Below are positions 27,601 through 39,600 of a DNA stretch of 64,000 nucleotides, piece after piece; positions within the stretch are counted from its first letter, which is position 1; the number at the start of each line of letters is the position of its first letter. The stretch comes from Octopus vulgaris. Lineage: Eukaryota. The notes under the pieces were generated by a model. The model did not search any database and had not been told where the DNA came from. It saw nothing but the letters and a program-made list of their open reading frames with translations. The DNA is taken from assembly GCA_951406725.2 (NCBI GenBank), contig OX597816.1, positions 154,256,001-154,320,000 on the forward strand, written 5' to 3'. The position numbers and the translations under genes are program-made.

Positions 27601-30600
27601 AGTTCTGTTAGATCTCTGAAAACAGAAGGGAAAACAAGTGTGGTAAGCTTGAATAAAGTTCATTGATAAGTTTATCCAGTTCTGACAATTTACTTTTCAC
27701 AGTTAGTCATAATATCCACCATTTTGGAACCTAGAAATGGATTTTTGTACCATTGATCTCTTTCTCTGTGATTTGACACAAACCATAAGATTGGAATTGA
27801 AACCCACTAACTCCAGTTCATCTGCCCAAGTAGTTCAACAAAGTGCCATTGAGAAGCACGCATGTCCACTTACAAATAGATAACACATACCTTTGGTGAA
27901 CCACCAGAGTCTTGCAGTATAGATTGGGTGCCATGACATGCTTCTACCACCAAAACCTTTAGAACAGTTTTAATGCCATTATGTTTTAGCACCTTAAGTA
28001 AAACTCAACCTTTATGTCTAGCAAAGAAGTGCCCAAGTGCCTATTCCTACTGCAACCACTTTAGTTGAGAAATCCTTTTCAACAGCTTCTAAATCAGCTT
28101 TTAACTACCCCTACTGTTTATTGCTTACTATTGCTACTTCTACACTGTACACAATTTTTTTCTTTTTCAAGCACACCCATCATCATTCCAATTAATTACC
28201 ACTTCACTAATTGGGTCTCTTTATGAGTTTGGGTACATATGTCATGTTCAGTTTCATGTAACTAGATCCTTATCTAAAAATCTTATCATTTTCAAATGGT
28301 TGATTACACAGACTACAATTTTGTAAAGTTAATCACATGAAACTATAAACAAGTTAGACCATTCCTATTGGATATTCTAAAACCACTCTAACTATGTACG
28401 ATATGGATGACCTGGAGCAATTTTCCAAAGTCCAAGCCAGTGAATGCTGATAATCTAGTTGTATCTGTCAAACAGTTGGAAATGTTTGAACAGATTGAAG
28501 AGACTTTTGCACTCATCCATCCTAAATATCAATCCCATTTGATCCTGACATATATCTTTGGTGCCCTTCCACTAATACTAGTAAGCAAGATGAAATAAAG
28601 ATCTCTAAGCACCTGAAGAAATCTTGGTAGTCTGTCCACATTGGTACATTAATGATTGCCAACCTGAGCACTACCATTCATGAACAGGTCCACTAATGGC
28701 TACCGGGTACTGGATAATAACCTTATTTTGAGACATAGGAGGCCTTTTCTAAACACAGTCACCCCACATGGTTCAGATGAACCAAAAGAAATTACACCTC
28801 ATAGTCAATATTAGAAGCAAAATTGACTGTATTGGAAACCCCAGTCTCACTAATAGTGACCTTGCTTTCTGATGTCGCCAATTCCCACCTTTAGCCATGA
28901 ACATTCAAACAGCTAATATTCAATTCCTGTTTCAATTAACAAGATAAGCTTCATCTTTTTGGTGAGTAAGTGGTTGGAGATCACGCAGTCGTTAGCCTCA
29001 AATCGCCAGGCCTGGTCGGCCTTTGTGAGAGATGCAGCATTGAGGATGGATGAAGCCAGCTCAACCCACCCCAGGTGAATGCTGTCTCAAGTCAAGTGAG
29101 TAAGTGGGGGATCTCCAAAACTGATATGAAGCATCAAGGACCCTGTATTGTATTCTCCCACATAACCTGGAAAGATGGCCTTCATTCCTTGGTAAACTGT
29201 TGATACCATTTTCACCAACAATTTATGAAGGCACCCATTAATGTTATCCCAAACCAGCATAGTACTTTTAATTTTTCCTTCTTTTTTTAATAAATTCTAT
29301 CAATTGTAAAACTGAGGATATGCAAGCTGATAAGGTTCTTTCTGTGGGCATTTGATCTTCTCAGTCTCAACCTTGGTCAGCCCCTCTTAGACACCATTTT
29401 TATTTTCTTTCGCCATCATTACATGATAATAGGAAGGATGAAATACTTGCAACAGAGGTGAATCCTCTAAAGGCAATTAAGGGTCTAGTGGGAGAGATAG
29501 ATTGGAGAACAGATTAAGTCGACCACCCAAGAACAGGAACAGTGCCTCCAACAGGTTTCCACACAGTTTCTACCTAACCAGCTTTCCTTACAAAGCCATG
29601 GTTGCTCCTAGATTATGGTAGCAGTCACTTACTCTAGGCATTGTGCAGTGACATCAGCACCAAAACTGTGTAATAGCAAAGTTAACTTTTTACCTACACA
29701 ACAATGCTTTCTATTACTCTCGACAAAGGAATGATTATCATAGCTTCTTATACCTTCTACTCTATAGTTCTGACATCTATCTTACAGAATTTAAAATTAT
29801 CTTATAACAATTCTCAGCTCAGGATCTGCAGTAATATTTTTATTTTCATAAACTCTCAATCCAAACAGTAGTAATAAAGTACAGTAATATACTAAGGTCA
29901 ATGCACAACCTGGTGCCAAGTTAGAAGAAATTGATATCACAACTTCAAATTCATAAACATGTGCATGCAAATACTTAAGTGCTTAGGTGTGTGTACATAC
30001 ATCTACAGGCATAAATCTGTTTATTCCTGAAGCTTTCCCATGATAATAATTTTTAACTAGGCCAGGAACACATAAATCCTAAAATAATTGAACCAGTGAA
30101 TTACTACTTTTGTAAAAAGTAGACGAGTCTATCCCCAATATCAATACAGTATATTTTATATAGTGTAGAAATTCATGATGAATTGAATTTATCTAAACTG
30201 ATTTCATTTTTTTTAAATATCACTATTATTCTTTTTGTAACTCATACAAATGGTTCTATCTTTTTTAGTGCAAAAACATCAGTGAACGTCATCTCCAAAG
30301 AATTCAGCAAATAAATTAAAAATACAAAACAAGAGATATATGCTGATACCCAGTTACCATGAAGCAAAAACTAATGTCTTGGGCTATGCCCTTCAGAAGA
30401 AATTTTTTTCTCTATTAGCACATCAAGAATACACTATCATTAGCATACCAACTGTAAAATGACTACCCTTCTAGACAAGTGGAGCTAAATGTCTAGCAGA
30501 GGGACAAGAGATCTTGCCTACTGTAGGAAAATACAAGTGTGCTTCGTCTGATAACTTAAACCACCTGAATATTTTGATGATTGATTCTTTGTCCCTATCA

Positions 30601-33600
30601 GAGAAGCAGCAGTGATAAACATAGTATAATGGTTGTAGTGATATTGGAAGTAGAAATGGTAGAGATAGCTATTAGTAATGGTGAAATAGCAAATAGCAAT
30701 ATGAAAATGGTAACTGGAGCAAGAATATTGAAGGTGAAGATGGAAATATTTAGTGATAGCAGCAGCAACAGCTACACCAATAATTACATATTCAAAGCTA
30801 CAATTTCTTCAAGAAATATTTCTGAACTAATAACTCCCCACACACACACTCACGCAGAATACTTGACATTGCCCAAGATGAAAAGTAGCTATAAATGTCC
30901 CAGAATTGTTCTTAAGGAAGGTTTTTTTTTTTGACCCATGTAATAGAACACTGTTAAGTATCTCTTAAAACAGCTATGTGAAAAATGAAATTGTTTTCCT
31001 CTCCATTTATTAGTCTGGTGTGTAATGCACTCTAACGCAGATTCGTATTCAATATGAATGGTACATTTCATACATATTAAATAAAAATACAGTTTTATCT
31101 GAAAGTAAAGACAGCTTTCTTTCATTTGAAATCCTTACTTAACACAATATTTTATCTTTTATTCTATAAAATTTTATCTTCTATTCTTAAAATAATTTGA
31201 AAAATGAATAGAAACAGGAGTGCTTGGAGAGGGAGATGAACCACCCATGAGAATAAAATCATTCTTAAAATATGTAGAAGCTGGAGTGTCCAGAGGAAAC
31301 CTATACAGGCAAATATTTGAACTGCAATATATGCAATGATAAATAATGTTAGGAATTGTGATGAATCCCAGGTTATATTAGATCTACACCTATCAATTGT
31401 GAATATTTTTGTTATAGCCATCAGAGGCATAAATAACGGATTTTGGAGGTTTCCTAACAACTGAATATTCTACATATTCGCAGAAGTGGCTGTGTAGTAA
31501 GTAGCTTGCTTACCAACCACATGGTTCCGGGTTCAGTCCCACTGCGTGGCACTTTGGGCAAGTGTGTTCTACTATAGCCTCGGACCGACCAAAGCCTTGT
31601 GAGTGGATTTGGTAGATGGAAACTCAAAGAAGCCCGTCATATACATGTATATATATGTTTGTGTGTATGTTTGTGTCTGTGTTTGTCCCTCTAGCATTGC
31701 TTGACAACCGATGCTGGTGTGTTTATGTCCCCATAACTTAGCGGTTCGGCAAAAGAGACCGATAGAATAAGTACTGGGCTTACAACGAATAAGTCCTGGG
31801 GTCGATTTGCTCAACTAAAGGTGGTGCTCCAGCATGGCCACAGTCAAATGACTGAAACAAGTAAAAGAGTAAAAGAGTATATGACTGCCCATGAAAAATG
31901 CAGGATTTCTCAAGGTGCAGTCCAGCAACTGTTAATGTTGTGTCCTAGAGATTTATTGATTGACATGACAAAATTTAGATTTACTGGGAGCTGAAGCCTT
32001 CTAAATGAAAGGGACACATCTACTGGTATGAATGGAATACTAAATATAACTGAATCTTCTGCTTTGGTGCACCTAGTGAGAACAATACTTTCAATGACAT
32101 GCAGTACAAAATTATTAACCATCAGTCATGTGCCATTGCATAATCACAACCAAAGTATCTTACACATTATTGGAGATCTTTTTTTTTTTTGTTGAAGTCA
32201 AGTTTAGCAGTAAACTAGGTTCCAAGAATTTTCAAAATTCCATTGGAGAGTGAAATCTTCTTGATCCACATTATCCATTGATTTCCTGGAAGTGCCTACA
32301 ACAGTTGCCAGTTAATGCTGTTAACTGGAGAGTTTAGGTGAAAATATAAATCTTTCACACAATCACATGTCAGATAATGATGTTGCAAGGTTAGAGAACA
32401 CCTTCAATATTAATTCATTTGTGTATTAACCATTGTCTTCAGAGGAGCAAAGTCAATTGTGTCATCACTGTCAAAAGGAAACCTTCATAATAAGCTTTGG
32501 CCAAACTCACGGGACAGCTTATCTCCAAAAAGATTGAACTTCATGTTTGTAGAAAGTTTGAAGACTTCAACTTTGGTCCAAAGTGATGGCAATTTAAAGT
32601 AAACTTGAATTTTAATGGCATTTGTTCCTTTTAGAACAACTGGCAAAGTCTGGTGGAAGTCACTTAACAATACCACTGTTACTCACCCCCATTTAAGATC
32701 TACTGGCACACAAGTCTGCAAAGTCCTGTGCAGGGCCGCCAGTGCTCTTTTGTGTTCTAATGTGCAGTCATCTAAAGCAGTCATTTCTTAAGAACTTGCC
32801 CAGTTCACAAACTCTTTATTATGATCAAGGGCAAATTATAAGATCTATTAAAGGGATAAGAAGGTATAAAAGAGAAGATTTATTATTATTGCTAGATATT
32901 ATTAATTTATTAATATTTATGCTAGCAAAGGAAATGCTTGAAAGCAGGACATACTGTCGAGTTTCTGGGAAGGAGTGGTGCTGGCAATATCTGTAAAAGT
33001 AACTGCTATGGCTATGCCTTTACATTTATGGCAAACATGTCAGAGGTGGTGGGGAGAGATTGGTATTGATGCAGGTGGTTGAATGAACTATCTCAAACTA
33101 TGATATGATAGAAGTTTCTGCAAGAGACAGATTTTGAAGAATTTCATTTGACCTGTGGTAATTGTAAATGATATCAGTCTTCAGTATTGCCATAAAGAGT
33201 TATATAGCAACATATCATAGGAGCTATATATTTCATTTATATTTGAAAGTGTTGTCTTCGTATGTCAGAATGATGTTGCTTTTGCTATGTGATTCTCCAC
33301 TCATGATGACAGCAACCTCCATTGCATTCTGGTGTATTGAAACAGTGTGCATATTTTCTAGAGAGTCTCTTGTTCTCATGAACAATTTGAAGCTCCAAAA
33401 TGAGCTCAGATGCAAATATGTACATAAAACTTATCAGAACTGATCTTTGCTTAGCACATCGATTTCTGTCTATCCCACTCTTTCTATCTATTATTCTTTC
33501 AGTTTCTCTTTTATCTTGTTCGCATATTCACAATTTCTTGCACTTAGATTAGATACTGCGCACTCACATTTACAAAACCATTTGCATCTTTCTGTCATCT

Positions 33601-36600
33601 AGCAACTGCATTTATATTTAAACTCACGTCTTCCGTTCCTCTTAAACTTATAAGTGTATAACGAATTGCTAATAAAATTACATTTCATCATAACTAATTT
33701 CAAATGACAGCCACAAAATTTGACTTCCTGCTTAACCCTTTGGTATTCAAATCGGCCATGCCAGGCCCAGCCAGACCAGGCCTCACACACCAATCCTACT
33801 AGGTCATTCTAAAAATAAACAATTACATCATTAATTTAAGTAAATAAGCATTACAATTGTAATGTAGTCTGAATGCTAAAGGGTTAAATTAATTTCACAA
33901 GGAGTAGTAGACAGATGTCGGCTTTAAGAAGCACCAACAAGTTGGAATTTCTTCATTTTGACGGGGATTTTTCAGATTTTTTTTCCACAGTACCCTTGGA
34001 AATTACGGAAAATGATACCCCCACCCTCACCGATTTTGTGGACCTACGTATGACAATTATTTTAGGTACTATGCACTTAAAAACTATAGAAGCATTTTCA
34101 GTTAGAAAACGCAAATATTTTCAGATGAAAAGGTGTGTAGTTATGTCTTGTCTAATGGTGTCACATACAACTATCACACAATCCCAGTTTTCAAATCCTA
34201 TTTTCTGATAGGGTAAAAATAATCAATCTTTAAATATCTGTAACATTTTTCTAAAATTTTTCTGAAACAAGTGAATAACAAAATCAGAGTGAGTGTCAAA
34301 AATTACATCAATGTACAAGGTTTGACAAGTTTCACTTAATTTTAAAATTTCAAAACCTATAGGTGAAACAGAAAAGATCCATAGAAAGAGAGGTGGGTGG
34401 AAGAAGGAAACAAAAAGGATTTGATAGTAATGAGGTGGTGATTATATATCAAAGTGAACGGGGTAATTATAGTGATAGAAAAAGAGTTGCTTGTGTGATT
34501 GTTCCTGTACAAGAGTACATTGTATAGGAACCAAACATGTTCAAAGAATTACTTTATTTTCATTTTCATATTTGATTCCTAGCTAGCTCCACACAAAAAA
34601 GAAAGAAAAAATTTACGAGCAACGAAAGATAAATTTTAAACATAATCGTACAACTAATATTATAAATGTTGTGTCCGGGGAAAGTCATTCTCTTTTAGTG
34701 CCTTATAATTTAACACACTTACCGAAAAGGTTGCAAGACGCAACAAAAATTTTAGAAAAATAAAAAAGAAATAAGTGGAAATTTTATCAATGAGTGTGTT
34801 ACATTATAAGGCACTAAAAGAGAATGACTTTCCCCAGACAACAGAATATACTTCAACACACGAACTCACATAAAGAAACTTGCAAACCAAATCCAAAAAC
34901 GAAATAATATTATAAATATTACTGATGACCAATACAATATTTAAACTTTACATGCCATTTGTCATTATACTGCTGGGCTATGTTTTGTTTTATGATCTAG
35001 AAAGTGAAACTAGTGAACTCAACAGCAATCATAATTTGATGGAAACTCATTCGTGAAATGCTTTCTGAGACACAAAACGAAGCATAGCGGATAAACAGAT
35101 CTTTTCCCTTTGAACAGCAGATCAAGAAATTAATTTTTTGTAACTAAACACTTTCAAACTTCGGACACTGGTAGAATGTGTCATATAAAACATCTTTTAC
35201 TCTTAGCGTTTTTGAGAAAAGTTTATATTTACAAAGTTATTTCGTGTTAAACTTGTCGTATTTCAGTAATTTCAACCAATCAATGACATGTATTCAGCTG
35301 AATAAAATTACTGCCGTTGTTTGTCAACAACTATCGGCAGTGTATATTTCGTTTGTCACTATAATTTATGACATCGTTTGTGCATTTCTACTGGTTTTAG
35401 CTTTAAGGTTTTAGGGTTAGGGTTACAGTTACAGAAAAAAATGAAAAATGAAGAAATTGGAGGAATTGGGGTGGGGGTGGGGGCAAAAAAGTATTTGCGA
35501 AAATAGTAGCTGAAAAACAGGAAAAAAAAACTAAAAGCAGTAGAAATGCCCGAACGATTATGGTGGTGCCATGAAGTAAACATGCTTCAGATATACTCGT
35601 TTATTCATACAAACGTAATTGAGATGAAATATGTTATAAATAACAGTGACAAACGAAATATACACCACCAGAAGTTGTTGTTGACAAACAGCAGTAATTG
35701 TATTCAGGCTGAATACACATCATTGATCGGTTGAAATTACCTAAATACGACAACTTTAACACGAAATAACTTCGTAAATATAAACTTTTCTCAAAAACGC
35801 TAAGAGTAAAAGATGTTTTATATGACACATTCAACCAGTATATGAAGTTTGAAAGTGTTTAGTTACAAAAAATTATTTTCTAAATCTGCCGGTCAAAAGC
35901 ACGTTTCGATGGAAAACTTGCATAAGATTCTTCCTTCTTTGAGTTTCACATCCCATTGCCTCGCCTTATATTGGTGGGCAGCAGTTGACAGCAAACAATA
36001 CGTTGTTATAGAATAGGTCACTGTCACTAGCAGGGTTTGTAAAAACTTAATTACAATACATTGGTCCAATTAATTGATTGGTGTCGTACTGCCAATTAAA
36101 TAATTAATTGCTATCATATCAATTAATTGCAGTTAATTGCAACATTGTCAGCAAAAGTTTTTCAAGTGGCTCATACTTCATTCAACATTCTATTATTATT
36201 TGAGGTATTGTGTTGACGCTTTGTTCTGACTGCTGAGAATAATTCATACATTGTCGTGTTTGAGAATTGGCTATTGTGTATGTTGTCAAATAATCGCTGT
36301 CGAGTGATTCTTGGTTCTGACTGATGAGAATGATTCACACATTCTGTCTTCAAGTCATTATATCGTAATTTCGCCTGCAACACAGTTGCATATTGAATTC
36401 CACTCCAATATGTAACACGTTAGCCACAAAGATCTTAGTTTTTGTTTTGAAATTCAGAATCCATAAAGTACTTCAAAAACACAGTAACAATTATTCTCAC
36501 TCCAGTAGTTTGTAAATATTATATACATGGACAAAACTTGAATTATCTTTAAACTTTTACAAGTGCACCTTTATAAAAATTAGTGGTAACGAAGTCTGGA

Positions 36601-39600
36601 CAGGAGAGAGAAAGAATGATACAAAATCCTTATAAAAATCACGTTAGTGTCTGTGTGTGTGTGAAACAAAGTATTATATTAAAACAAAATATCTTTTCCA
36701 TACCTCTTAAAAATCACTAGTTTTCAAATGGTATCCAATGTTTTCACTTTCCTTTAGCAATTTTTCTTACCGAAATTTTAATCGGATAAATACGTTTCAA
36801 TTTTGTGAGGAGAGAGGGTGAGAGAGATACACACATGTGGTTAGGACAGCGAAGTCGCGTTCGAAGGATCGCGGTTTCGATTCCCAGACCAGGCGTTGTG
36901 AGTGTTTATTGAGCGAAAACACCTAAAGCTCCTCGAGGTTCTGACAAGAGGTGGTGGCGAACCCTGCTGTACTCTTTTACTACAACTTTTTCTCACTTTC
37001 TTCCTGTTTCTGTTGTACCTGTGTCACGCTGAATCTCCCCGAGAATTACATTAAGGATACACATGTCTGTGGAGTGCTCAATCACTTGCACATTAATTTC
37101 ACGAGCAGGCTTTCGGTTGATCGAATCATCTGAAGCCCTCATCGTCGTAACCGACAGAGTGCCACAATACTTTGTGTAGCTAAACTTCCAATGTCATGTG
37201 TCAAATGAAGCGAGTGAGTGATTTCATATATCTCTTATTATAAAAGGCAGATTTTGTCTGCCTCCCTTTGGGAGTTATACAAATCTACAATATAGGATTT
37301 CTTCAATTACAATTTACCTAGCAGTTTTAAGAGTACAATGCATCGCGTCATGCCAGGTCCAGTTTTTAAAATTTAAACTCCAATCAAGCAAAATTTACAG
37401 AAAACTCACATTCTGGTGTGTGTGTCAAATGCTTTTCTTAGTCTGGTTTACACCACACGCAAACGCACACACACAGTGGGCAACGAATAAAATGAAAGTA
37501 AATGTAATATTTGTTTCTGTCTATCACGCTGATAGATACATGAGTAAAATGTATGGGAAGCTAACAGATAACAGTGAGTGAAAATGTTCTTGGAAGAGAG
37601 TAAATTAGCGACAGTGATTTGAGGAAGACTAAACTGAAACTATGAAACAGTGTTTATGTATAAACAGACGACACTTATATAAACCCTTTCGTTACCAAAC
37701 CGCCCGAATTTACCTATTCATATTTAAATGAGAATATCAGAGTAAATCTCTTTAGTACATTCGTGAAAACACGTATTATACTTCGTAAACACTTCAAATA
37801 CAGTTTTGTACAAAAATCGAAGTGTAATTTTAATTCCGTGAATTATGGGAGATTTTTTTCCGAAATTTGTTCCTATTGTGTTTTCAAAATTTGTAATTCT
37901 GACAAAAAATGGATACGAATTTCATTATATCAAGCAGCGAGTCAGAATTCGAAGGATTTTCTACTGAAGACCTTCATAAATCTAACTCTATGACTGAAAA
38001 AAAAAAGCATCTTTATATAAGAGTGAAGTTGTGTGTCTGTCCCCTTCGATTTACATTCGTAATTACTCCCACATTTTGCGGTGCAGTTTAACCAAAAGCG
38101 GGTATCTTATAGTCGTGATTCATATCGAGCCCTTCTGGGTATTAGCGCGCGTCTACGATGAGTCTACGATTTTAAAAAAATTTACCATCATATTTTTCCA
38201 TTTTAATGCATTTTTTTCGCTTTTATATAAGGGAAGTAACTCTCTAAAAATATCTACGATGTGTCAACGATTTAAAAAAAATTTACCTTAATTTTTTTTC
38301 AATTTTTAATGCATTTTTTTTGCTATTTTTTGGCTATAACTGTCTAAAAATGCTTATATAGTTATTTCCCTTACAAACCCGAGCAACGCCGGGCGATACT
38401 GCTAGTATATATATATATACTGAACCCTTCAAAGGGTGTTTAGCATCCAAGTTCCTGGGGAAAAGCCTAATTTGTGATTTCAAAAGGATTATATTTTTCT
38501 CAAAGTTATAAGGGAAAAACTCAGATCTTGTGAATTTTCTGTAACAGGAAAATTTGCTTTCCACGCATTATTGCTTTCAGATTCGTTTCCTTCGTGGGGG
38601 TGAAGTAGAAAGTTATCCATTTTGGCTAGACTTCCTTTTGTACCCACAAAAAAACACCCCATTTTTATTATTTTTTTTTTCTACACAAACCCCTGTTTTC
38701 AGTTATGGAGAATACGAATCTGCAAAAAAATTGGCAAAAATTGGCATTTTAAAATTATCCCTCCCACTACTTACTTCATTTTAAACATTTTCAGAAATTC
38801 TTTTTTTTCAAAATATGCTGGAAAATACGGAAATTATGATTCTGAAAAAAATTTCCCAAAATTTTTGTAGTTAGGGTTTTGGGGTTACAGTTAGGGAAAA
38901 AAAGTGAAAAATGGGGGGCAGATTTCAAAATGCCGATTTTTGGCAATTTTCCGGAATCCCCGTACCCGAAAACGGGGGTTTTGGGCAAAAAAAAAGGTGG
39001 GGGGGGAGAAATGGGGGAAGGGAGTCTTTCCTCCATTTTCCTCAAAGTTACGAGGGAAAAACATCGATCTTGTGAATTTTCCGAAGTCCTCTCCTCACCC
39101 TCTCGGAAAAGATTTTCCCCCACAAATTTCCTTAGAATCGTATTCTATACCGTTTGAAAGGTATTTATATAAAATTTCATAAAAAAAAAAACATTTTTCT
39201 AAAAGTTATGAGGGAAAACATCGGATCTTGTGAATGGAATTTCCGAAGGTTTCTCCCCATCTCCAATTGCTCTCCACACATTTTTATTTTCAGATTCGTT
39301 TTCTACACCACTTTTTACACCCGATGCTCTATTTTTTTTTTTTTCGATTTCGATTCTGGGTAATAATGCCAACATTAACCCTTTATATAATCTAGCCGTG
39401 TAATAGGTGTGAAAAAAAAAACGTGTAAGAAAACGAATATAAAAACAAAAATTTGTGTCAACAAACGGGAGGACTTTCGGAAAATTCACATGATCCGATT
39501 TTTTTCCCCACATAACTTTTAATGGATACCTTTTAAAGAAATTCTCTATAAATATCTTTCAAACGGCATAGGTCACGATTATAAAGAAATTTCCCCATAA

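Noticed and set aside
30581-30934. 117-aa ORF in PRS intron 1
   Set aside because: Low-complexity decayed trinucleotide sequence, no recognisable domain or splice support.
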